A DNA stretch of 64,000 bases from Blastocladiella emersonii ATCC 22665 (lineage: Eukaryota > Fungi > Blastocladiomycota), in the NCBI GenBank assembly GCA_025594325.1, contig JANHCV010000001.1, positions 682,001 through 746,000 on the forward strand. Direction: 5' to 3'. A program made the translations under genes and the position numbers. Positions 12,007 through 22,474 of this stretch are shown here, one piece after another (the first letter of the stretch is position 1; each line of letters begins with the position of its first letter). Under the pieces are notes generated by a model that searched no databases, was not told where the DNA came from, and saw nothing but the letters and a program-made list of their open reading frames with translations.

Positions 12007-12489
12007 TTGAACATCTCGGCGACACTTCAAGATCGGATCGGTCACCACGAATGGGGCCCAAACGAGAAGATTTCGGCCATCCACCACCTTTCGCCCTCGC
12101 TTGCTGAGCTTTCGATTTGCAGTGGCAACGCCGACGTTGCTGTCATTCGAGCGCTCGTAGCACGCCTGCCCCCGAACCTTACCAAGTTGCGACTTGAAAA
12201 CGTTCGGCTTGATGATGCAGGTGTTGCCAAGCTGCTGCCCGCGCCTCCCTTGTCGCTCAAGCATTTGAGTCTCATGGATAACTATGAAATCACCGATCGT
12301 TCAGTGCACGCTCTCGTTGCTCGCTTCCCACCCGCCCTGACCGATTTGAACCTCGTGTCCACGAAGATCACTGGCGCTGGATTCCGAGCGATCAAAAGGG
12401 ATGCGCTTGACTCGCTCCAACTCCGTGTTTCCATGGCCGTGTACCGGGAAGGGAAGAATTATGCTTTGCAAACCCTTGATAAAATGTGA
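12007..12489 (+). pseudogene. RNI-like LRR fragment related to the 45-50 kb LRR family
   Basis: LPPNLTKLRLENVRLDDAGVAKL..LKHLSLMDNYEITDRSVHALVARFPPALTDLNL: 3-4 repeats only, no family N-terminus, TTG start. Confidence 0.6.
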
Positions 12490-13204
12490 AGGTGGAAGGG
12501 CGAATGGCGATGCACGTGAAGCTAAGAAGCAATGCATGGATTTGGAAAATCGGACGCTCAATACGGAGCCGGAATTGAAGAGTGCTAGAGGCGAAGAGGG
12601 AGGCCGGAGCGGTCGTCAGTTTGTTGTTGGTCAGTGACGCGTCCCCCACTCTTGCGCGCGCCCTCACCCTGGCTGCGCCACCACCTCCACCGCACCTCCA
12701 CCGCAGACCAGAGTGCGGAGAAGAGACTCGGATTTCTTTGCGCGATAGATCTTCGTTGGGGGGCAGCAGCACTAGGCTCTTGCCGGGACTGAGCGTATGC
12801 CTGCAGATTAGCGAGGGTGTCGGACGGCGCGGTATGGGGTTGTTATGTGTGGGGCCGAGTTCGATTCCTATTCCTTGGCTCCTTGACGACGACTCCTGTG
12901 TGGTAAGAAGCAGCGCGCAATCCGACTTAGCCCTCCGAAATGCGGCCAATTCCTTCCCTTTTTTTTTCTTCCCGCCCCCTCTTGTATTCGCTCGCCCATT
13001 GTACGATTTGTGTCGCGAGAATTATGATTTCATTCCTGCCTCGGCCCCGCAGTGGGCCTTTTCAACTCGATCCGGAAACTTGAGCTTGACGCCAGGTGGC
13101 TGCCCGCTGCACTCGGCGAGTTGGTCGTGGCCATCCCAGCGGCTTGGTAAAGTTCAAATTTTATGATGAACAACATTTCATTGGCGAGCGTGAAAGAGTT
13201 CAGG

Positions 13205-14138
13205 CTAATTGAGCGACAGCAATCGCACCGCGACAGCTGGTTCCATCAGTTCCGCTGGAATCCTGAGGTATCTACAGGCATCAGGAACGGCGCGGAGGAC
13301 AAGTTCAGCACACTCAAGCTCGTTTTGGGCGATGAGGTCGAGCACGATTGATTGAGCGCGTTTCACGTCCATCCGCACTACAAAAAAATGCGGGAGGAGT
13401 TGTGCCCAGCCTTCCGTGCCGAGCGGGCACTTTTCTGCAAACCGAGGGACCATGCTGTACAGCTGAGAATTCCTGACGACAGATTGGACAAGCTTCCTGG
13501 CGCTCGTCAAGGATCGAGGGAAGTACGCGAACAAGCCGGTCGAGGCACGCAATCATGCTGTCAACGTCGTTGGCATGCAAGAAAAAGTGCGGGAGGATCA
13601 GACCCTCGGGGATGGCGCTCCAGCCGGAGCGATTGACAAGTGTGTCCGAGTTGCTGTCAATATCCGCAAAGATGCTCGTGATCGACTTGCCCTTGTGAGG
13701 TGAGGTCAAGCGTTACAAGTCATCAAGGACTGGAGGCGAGAACGGATGGGTCGCACGTGCAAAAAGCACGCCTAGATGCTCGCCGCCACAGAAACCGGGG
13801 GTCCCGTCGCAAAGGGTCCCCGGGAAGCGCGTCTTGAGATACCAAGTAAACGGGAACTGCCACTGCCGCACCTCGGGAAACCGCTCGCCGAGTTTGGGTC
13901 CGGTATCGTGGCTGGGTGAACCGGCGGAATCCTCGGAAGAGGCCTGGTATATCGCGAACATGACACCTTTTGTAACGCGCCGCGCCCACGGGATCAGGAC
14001 GTCGGGCGAGCGAGCCGCGTCGCACGCCACGCGGGAAGCACAGACAGGCTGAATTCGCGGGCGGGTCAAAGCAAGGACCTGCTCGAGGAGCTCGAAAGGC
14101 ATTGCGGCAGGTGTGAATAAATTTTCATTGGTTTCCAT
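13205..14138 (-). pseudogene. METNE-family copy 2, with nonsense codon and large internal deletions
   Basis: In-frame TAA at 13713..13715, then ORF 13314..13709 continues in the same frame. After 'ILDER' it shifts to late exon-1 sequence (YSMVPRFAE..WAQLL) fused to late exon-2 sequence (RAQSIV). Confidence 0.8.
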
Positions 14139-14352
14139 GTTGTGGGTTCTTGCTGCTCGGGAGAGACGGCGAACTCGCGGGTGTGATCAAGGTGACTGAG
14201 GTCAGCCAGCCCTTCGGCCCGCGCGTTCTGTCAGTCATTCGCCGCCCTCTCGTCTCCCACTGTTATCAAGCTCAGATCCGGACGCAAACAGGACAAAGAG
14301 AACAATACAGAATAGTTTTGAACTATTTGACTGGGTCTTGGGTTAAAATCAA

Positions 14353-16640
14353 TCAAATGAGGCCGGACGGCTCAAGGATCGCGCCCTTCACATGCGCGAG
14401 CTGGAAGACGCTGGCCATGTCCACCAGCTCGCGCCGGAAGTCATTCTCCTCCAAGACGGCCGGGATCGCCTTGAGAATAATGACCGGAATCTCGATGTCG
14501 CCGTCGAACAGATGCTTGCGAACAATCGACTGCGCGCGGATCACGTCCATGGACTCGGCGAGGGCCGCAGGCCCACCTTCCGCGTTCGCGACGACTTTCC
14601 AAATCCAAGGCTGGGTCGAAGTGCACCAGAACACAATGTGTTTGGCAAAGAAACACGGGTCGTACGTGGCCAGCATCTCGCAGAGATCCTGGAGCGCACG
14701 CCGGGTGGTTTCGGCGCGGATGTCAGCGTCAGCGAGCAAGTGGGGACCACGACGAAGTATGGTCGCGAAACGGCGCGCAGGCGGGCTCACGTCAGGGTCG
14801 AAGCGACAGCGGAACCGTAAAAGCAGACGTTCGAGGACGCGAAGCGCTTGCGCAACGTATGGTTCAGGACCGTCGTAGCTGGGCAAAAAGCGATTAATAC
14901 GCGCAAAGCAATGTTCTGCGACTGCAAGGATCACCAGGAGTCGCGTGGAGCGCGAAACGAGATCCTCGCCGTCCATTTCGTCCAGCACAGCGTCAAATGC
15001 GCCGTGAGCTGCGGATGGGACCAGCAGCCCAGCGAGGTACTCTGTAAGCACGCCCGGGCAATTGGCCCCGGCAAGGTTTGGGTCCTGGAGTTTGCCATAT
15101 AGAAGCTTGCGGAACTGGGCCTGGTCGATTGGCGACTCGTCACTCAGAAAGAAAGCGAGCGCGCTTCGGGAGTGAGCTGCAAAGTTAGCGCCAATGATGC
15201 CGACAGGGTCAAGTCCCAACGATCTGGCAGCGGCACAGATGCTGGTGCGGAGCGAGTTTGTCACGGAGTTCGACTCGGTTGGGAATAAAGCTACATTGTG
15301 TCGAGTGGTATGAGTGCGCTGAGCGCCAAGTAAGCTGCAAGGTTCGTACCAGAAGCCAGGAGAGAGGAATGATCCGCGCCTGGGACGAATCGGCGCAGCA
15401 CATCCACAATATCGTCGTGCCGCTCGCCACCGAGAAAATGCTGGAGAAGCTTTGCCCAGTGGAATTGGGCTAGCAGTGAGCGCTCGGCAAATTGAGAGAC
15501 AAGGTGATACAAGCGCGGCTTGCGCACCACGTAATTGACCATGTTTGTCGCCAGGTGGGCTTGGGTGACCACGTCAAGTTCCTGGATCCAATGTGCGTCA
15601 AACTCTTGGAACAAGACCGCGAAAAGCTCACCGTGCCCTTCCTCAACATAATTCGCGAAGCAAATCGGCCACATCTGGCGAGGCGGGGGACAGTTGGCAA
15701 GTAGCCAGCGAAGCATGGCCGAAACCACCTGGACTGCGTTGTGCTGGTGGCGCATAGTGGAGAGGAAAATTTCGGCAAAGTTGTGTCTGAACAGGAGGGC
15801 AAGGAACTCGGCTCGATTCACCTCGTACGGACCATCCAAAATCCGTTGCAGCGCGTTGAGATTCCAGCAATTGAGTGCCGCAAGTGCCAACGAGGACGTG
15901 AAGGAAAACTTCACGGAGAGATCTTGGCAAATGCCGTTGAGTGCAATACGGGTCGCCAAGTGCTCGCTGAGCCAAGCGCGAGACCACAGAGAGAGCGGAA
16001 CGCGCTCGTCAAGAATTGAGGGCAATACGTGAACAATTCGGTCGAGGCACGCTATCATGCTGTCAATGTCGTTGACATGCAGGAAAAAGCAAGGGAGGAT
16101 CAACCCTTCGGGTACGGCAGCAAAAGCGGTGCGGGTACGCAATGCTTGCAAGTCGCTGTCAAGGTCCAAGAGCAGACGTTCGATCAATTCGACTTGACGA
16201 ATCGACGGCGTGTGGTACACGGCATCCAAGACGGGTGGCGAGAAAGGATGCGCAGGGCGTGCAAGGATCACGTCGGGATGCTCGCCGCCGCAGAGTCCGG
16301 GAGTCCCGTCGCGAAGCGTACCTGGGAAGCGCGTCTTGAGATACCACGTGAGCGGGATCTGCCACTGGCGCACCTCTGGAAACCATCCGTCAAGTACGGG
16401 CCCCGAGCTGTAGGTGCCGTTATCCACGTCGTAGCCATTTGAAGCTTCGTAGGTTTTAAAGGTGACGCCGGTCATAACGCGCTTGACCCAGGGAATCATG
16501 ACGACTGGCGGGCCAGCCGCTTGGCGGGCAAGTCGAGTCGCAGAAGCGAGCTCACTCCGCGGACAGGCCAGCACGTGGACCTGTTCAACTAGTTCGAAAG
16601 GCAATGCATCAAGTTGAAGCGGAGTTTCATTCGTTTCCAT
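14353..16640 (-). CDS. METNE-family copy 3, intact, 742 aa; exons 16640..15350 and 15290..14353
   Basis: Phase-1 intron 15291..15349 (GTACGA...ATGTAG) joins ORF 15291..16640 to ORF 14353..15264 in frame (LAS-A-LFPTESNSVTNSLRTS). Confidence 0.8.
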
Positions 16641-16828
16641 TGTGGATTAGTGCGCTCGCGGGAGAGCGGGTGCGACAAGGCAGCGTGTGGCGTCTCGACC
16701 CCTGGTCCAGGGGCCCTGGATCGCACTCATCGCGCCTGGAGCAAGTTACCTGAGATACAGTCGGTAAGTGAAACTAAACCTATCATATTTGACGATATCA
16801 AAAATCAATCCGACAAAGCGTAAACGCG

Positions 16829-19135
16829 TCAAAGGAGCCCAAACGGCACGAGGATCGCGTCCTTGACGTGAGCGAGCCCGCCCACGTTGACCATGTCAAC
16901 GAGCTCGCGTTGGAACTGCTCGGCCTCCAAGACGGCCGGGATCGCGCGGATGATGATATGATGGTAGGAATCTCAATCTCGCCAACGAGGAGATGATCGC
17001 AAATAATTGACTGCGCGCGATCAACGCTCACTGCCGCGGCGAGGGCCGCGGAGCCGCCATTCGCTTCCGCCACGATTTTCCATACCCAAAGCGCGGTGTC
17101 AACGGAGCAGGGTCCGCCACGAGCGGCAAAAAGGCAAGGATCGTACATGGCCAGCGTCTCGTAATATTCATGAAGCGCACGCTTGGCCGCCTCGTTGGAG
17201 CCTTCAAGGCCCTCCCTCGTGTACAGAGCGCGGCTGTACAAATTGGTGAACCTGCGAACAGCCTGGCTTTCCGCGGAAACGACGCGGCAGCCGTAGCGCG
17301 AGACCAGACGTCTGAGAACGCCAAGCGAAAGCCAAACGAGGGGATCAAGGTCGCGTTGTGAGTAGAGTGAGAGCAAGCTTTGTTGATTGCAGTAGTTTCC
17401 AACCGCGGTGATGACTAGGAGCTGGAGTTTGCGCGATTTGGCGTCCTCGCCGTCCAGTTCAAGTAGCACGGGCTCGAGTGCAGCAGTGGGAAAAAACGGT
17501 GAGCCAAGGTGATGAGGTGATGAGGTGTTGAGCAAACGCATCGTCATAAACACCCGCGCCTTTTTTCCGGCCCTCGAGGCACGGGTAGAGTAGCTCGCGA
17601 AGCTTCGCATGGTCCAGTGGTGACTCGGGGCTCAGAAAGTACACGAGCGTCTCATGCGAGAGAGCCCAAAAGTCATGAGCAACAATCAGGTTCGGGTCGA
17701 ACCCAAGCGCCTCAGTGGCGGTGCAAACGCTACGGCGGAGCGTATCGGTCAGCTTGGGCTCATCCTTAGCCGTCAAGGCTACCAGTGGAGGGAAAGCGTG
17801 CTATTCAGCCAAGGTTCCTTGCGTTACGTGTGAGTGAGGCGAGAGGAAAACACAAAGGGAATCAGCAAATGGTGGACATGCTGACGCACATCCCCAATGA
17901 CGCGGTCGTGTCGCTCGCCGCCAAGAAGATAACGAAGCAAACGCGACCAGTAAGCGGTGTTGAGGAGATAAAGCTCGATGCACAAGGTAGTGGATCCGCG
18001 GCTCGCGCGCTACGAACGCAATCATGTTGGCGGTCAACTGACCCTTGGTCTGCGGGCTGAATTCATGGACGCGATGAGAGTCGCACTCCTCGAAGACTGA
18101 AGCAAAGAGCTCCCCGTTGAAATCTTCCTCCACTTTGAGGGCGAAGCAGAGATCGCGAGAAGGGTCGTCCGATCGGATCGTGAACCCACGATCAAGCAGC
18201 CAGCGTAACATTCTGGGGACCGTGCGGGCCCCGTCGTGCTGGTGGCTCATGGTCTCGAAGAAAAGACTGGAGAGCTCGTCGTGCGAAACCGCGTCGAGGA
18301 GTTTAGCTTGGCCCGCCTTGTACGGACCGTCAAGGATCCGCTGTAGCGCGCCGAGGTTTCACGAGTTGAATGCCGCAAGCGCGAGCGCTTCGGGGTACGT
18401 CATCGAAGGCGGCTCGTAATGGTAGTGGTACATGATTTGGCGAGTGTTGAAGTGCCCAGTGAGCCAGGTTCGCGACCAGATAGAAAACGGGAGGTGTTCG
18501 TCAAGGATCGACGGTAGGACGCGAATAAGCCAGTCAAGGCAAGCAATCAGGTTGTCGACATCGTTGACGTGCAAGAAAAAGTAGGGGAGGAGGAGACCTT
18601 CGGGTATCGCGCTGAAACGGTTGCGGTTCCAGAGCGCCCTTGAGGTCGCGTCCATGGTCGCGATAATATCTGCAATCGACTGAGTCGTTGCGCTCGGCGG
18701 CATACGGCAGATGGCGTTGAGCACATTTGGCGAAAACGGGTGAGTCGTGTGGGCGAGGACCACGTCGGGATGATTACCGCCACTGAGAGCTGCAGTTTCG
18801 TCGCGAAGCGCGCCCGTGAACCGCGTCTTGAGGTACCAGGCGAAGGGGAACTGCCACTGGCGCACGGACGGGAAGACCTGGTCGAGTTTGGACCCGAAGA
18901 CGTGATCCCGCTTTCCGTCGCTGACAGGGCCGCAAGCGGTTTCATAGTCGTTCCAGTTCACGCCTGTGACAGTGCGTCGCACCCACGGAAGCAGAACCGA
19001 GGGCGAGCGCGCGGCGTCGTGGGCAAGCCGACTCGAGGCGACGAGCTCCGTGTGCGGGCAGGCCAACACGAGGACATGCTCGAGTAGCTTGGGTGGCAAT
19101 GTATCAAGTCGGAAAGGTATTTCATTCGTTTCCAT
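16829..19135 (-). pseudogene. METNE-family copy 4, full-length but disrupted
   Basis: TGA at 18359..18361 where paralogs have Trp (NxWN). Frameshifts near 17960, near 17560 and near 16955 (ATCAT duplication). Paralog-like C-terminus 'AILVPFGLL*' ends at 16829. Confidence 0.82.
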
Positions 19136-19179
19136 TGTGTTTTAGTGTCGGTGGACGGGGAGAAGAAGCCCTGATCGCG

Positions 19180-19368
19180 TAGTCTCGGTGCCAGACTCTA
19201 CGGCCACATGGTAGGCGTGGGTGGCCTCGGGCATTCAGAGAAATGACCTCGGCCGGCCGACCGTGGGTAGACGTACGTCGCGGGTCAGCAGGCGCTGGGT
19301 AGGGCCGCCTCGGCCCACTGCAGGCATCCCGCCGCTCCCCGCGACAATACGGTCTGGCAACGAGACTA
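19180..19368. mobile_element. 189-bp non-autonomous DNA transposon (MITE) with 17-bp TIRs and a 9-bp TSD
   Basis: Left end TAGTCTCGGTGCCAGAC (19180..19196); right end GTCTGGCAACGAGACTA (19352..19368), a 16/17 inverted match. Flanked by CTGATCGCG at 19171..19179 and 19369..19377. Confidence 0.85.
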
Positions 19369-19527
19369 CTGATCGCGACGAGGTGTGTGATCACAGATTT
19401 ATCACCGCCGTTTCAAGTTGTCGCACGCGTCCTTTGCCCGCGCGCGGGGCGAGAGTCCGCGACCATCATCACTCGAGCGGGAAGCAAAAGAGATACATGA
19501 ATGAACAAATATGTGAAACGAAATCAA

Positions 19528-21831
19528 TCAAATGAGGCCAAACGGCACGAGGATCGTGTCCGTGACATGAGCGAGACCTGGAACCATGGCCATCTCGACG
19601 AGCTCGCGTCGAAACTTCTCGGAATGAAGCACGTTCAGCATCGCGCGAAGAATGGTGACGGGAATCTCGGTCTCGCCATTCCGCAGATGCTCGCGGACCA
19701 TGCCCCGCGCTCGGCTCACGTACATTGCCGCGTTGAGGGCCGCGGGCCCGCGGTCCGCTTCCGCGACCAACTTCCACGCCCAAAGCGGGGTGTAGATGGA
19801 CCAGAACTCGCCATTCACGGCGAAGAAGCACGGATCGTACGAGGCCAGAGTCCGGTGAAAGTCATCAAGCGTGCGCTTGGTTGCCTCGGACGGGATATCG
19901 ACGTCATGATACGTGTGCAGACCGCGGCCAAGCATGTCCATGAGCAGCCGGATCGACGGACGCTCTACGGCAACGAGTCGGCAGCGGTAACGCGCGACGA
20001 AAATCTTGAGCAAGCGAAGCGCATCGTAAACTTTACGCTCAGGGCCTTCGACCGAGTACAGCGAGCCCAAGATCCGCTTGCTGCAGAAGCACGCGAGCGC
20101 AATGATGACCTCAAGCTGAGTTCGGCGCGGCTGCGCGCTTTCGCCGTCCAGTTCGCGGAAAACAGGACCAAGGGCGGCATCGGACGAGGGCGGAGCAGTA
20201 AGCATCATAAAATGCTCAACGAGTGCGTCCGCATGCTGTTCAACGAGAGTAGTTGTGCCCTCGATCCGCGGGTAGAGCAGTTTGCAAAGCTGCGCGTGGT
20301 CCACTGGCGACTTGAGACTCAAAAGGTGAACGAGCATGTTGCGGGACAGCGCGTCAAAGTTGAGAGCAACCACCTGAACAGGATCGATTCCAAGAGTTTT
20401 GGCGGTGGAGCACACACCACTAACAAGCCTTTCCAATGGATTACTGTCGATGAGGACTAAAAACATGAGGAGCATGAGCGAGTTAGTTCAGATCATGCCT
20501 CCCGTGGCTCGAACGCGTGAAAAAGTACCATTGGCCAAAACCGTGGGATGTTCAGTGCGAGGGATATAGCGCCGCACAAGTTCAACAACGTCGTTGCGCC
20601 ACTCGCTGCAAAGAAGGATGCCAAGCAAGTCCGACCAACGCGATATAGTCAAAAGTTTCTGCTCTGCGAACGTGTGCACGAGGGAGTAGACTTGCGGTAC
20701 GTCGGCCACGTACTCAAACATCTTCTCAACCAGCTGGCTTTTGGTCTCCGCATCAAACGCTTGGACGCGGTGTGAGTCAAACTCCTCGAAGACGGCAGCG
20801 AACAGCTCGCCGTAATGTTCGTCCTCCACGTGCAGAGAAAAGCAGAGAGGATCGGAAGGGTCGTGAGAGCGGATCGTGAGCCCACGGCCAAACAGCCAGC
20901 GCAACATTTCCGGGACCACGCGCGGCGCGTCGTGCTGGTGGCTCATGGCGCAGAGGAAGAGTTTGGCCACCTGGTAATCAGAGTTAGCGGCAAAAATTTT
21001 GGTCTGGTCCACTTGGTAAGGGCCGTCGAGAAGCCGTTGAAGCGCATGGAGGTTCCACGAGTTGAGTGCCGCGAGCGTGAGCGATTCGGAAAACGTCATG
21101 AGCGGCAGCTTGTCATGAACGCCGTGCAGGTGCTCGCGAGTGGGAGAATGCTCCGTGAGCCAAGCTCGCGTCCAAAGGTGGAAAGGGATTTGCTCGTCCA
21201 CAATTGCGGGCAGACAGTTGACGAGTTTGGCAAGGCACACAAACATGTTATCGACGTCGTTGGCGTGAAGGAAAAAGAAGGGGAGGGCTAGACCTTCTGG
21301 GACGGCGGCCCAAAAGTTCCGGATCAGCGGCGGGCGGGCCGTGGTCAAGTCCAGCTCCGCAACGTGGTTCATGATGTCCGCGATTGACTCGTTGGCGAGG
21401 TCCGGCGGCAAGCGGTAGATGGCATCGAGAACACCCGACGAAAACGGGTGCGTCGTGCGGGCGACGACCACATCGGGATCATCTCCGCCAGCGAGTCCGG
21501 ATATGTTGTCGCGAAGTGTACCTTCGAAGCGCGTCTTGAGGTACCACATGAACGGCGACTGGCACTGCCGCACGCGGGGGAACCGCATGTCAAGTTTGGG
21601 TCCCGTGTAAAAGTGGCCGTAAGATCCAAAAGAAGACTCGTAATCTTTGTACGTGACGCCAGTGACGGTGCGCCTCACCCACGGAAGCAGAAGAGAGGGT
21701 GAGCGCGCAGCGTCGCGGATTGCTCGAGTGGCTGCAACGAGCACGGGGTGCGGGGAGGCCAGCACAAGGGCGTGTTCGAGTAGCTCGGGTGGCAATGCAC
21801 CAAGTCGTAAAAGTTTTCCATTCGTTTCCAT
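19528..21831 (-). CDS. METNE-family copy 5, intact, 743 aa; exons 21831..20529 and 20456..19528
   Basis: METNGKLL start at 21831. Phase-1 intron 20457..20528 (GTACTT...ACTAAC...TTTAG) gives an in-frame join LAN-V-LIDSNPLERLVSGVC. Confidence 0.8.
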
Positions 21832-21927
21832 GGTGAAAGGGGTGGGCGAGCGAGGAGAAAGGACTGTGGCGGCGGCGATGCGCTTGATCACGCCGACCCT
21901 TCATCACCGTTTCAAATCACTCGGCCG

Positions 21928-22371
21928 ACGCGTTCGCTCATCCCACGCAAAACCTCACGGTCCCCGTTAGAAACGGTCGAGATGGAAACCTCGGGCCACG
22001 CAACGAACGATCTCAAGGGAAAGAATTCGGAGTGGCGAGCTCGGGTGATGCGGCGTGACGCGAAGCGGACTGCTCGAGTCACGGCCGCGCCGGCCATGGT
22101 CACAACGGGCTTGATGGCCGTCTATGGGCTTCGTAGCGAGTTGAAGAAGCAGCGCGGGCTGGATATTGTGCGTGGCCAGCGCGGGCAGTGCGGGTAGCAA
22201 CTTTGGGTTGATTGTGGTCGGTGGGGAGTTCGCGAGTGCCTACGGCTGGGTGCAACAACAAGCGCAGAGAGTGGTCGAAAGGTGGGTCTGAGAGCCTGCT
22301 GCGCGGCTCGAAAGCGAGTGCAGCTTGCCAATCGCTCAACGCGTTCGCTCATCCCGCGCGGAACCCCACGG
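21928..22371 (+). repeat. 33-bp imperfect direct repeat (21928..21960 and 22339..22371)
   Basis: ACGCGTTCGCTCATCCCACGCAAAACCTCACGG versus ACGCGTTCGCTCATCCCGCGCGGAACCCCACGG: 29/33 identical, all four differences are transitions. Confidence 0.8.
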
Positions 22372-22474
22372 CTCGACTCCATTGCGGCGTTTTGAGCTAC
22401 GAATCAAGACTTTATGTATTGAGCAAGAACAATAAAAACAAATCAAAATCAGCCGACCGGGCCAAGGGTCGCGC

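Noticed and set aside
18359-18361. TGA read as Trp or selenocysteine (alternative code or readthrough)
   Set aside because: The same copy carries several frameshifts, and TGA is a normal stop in neighbouring genes; simple pseudogenisation explains it.
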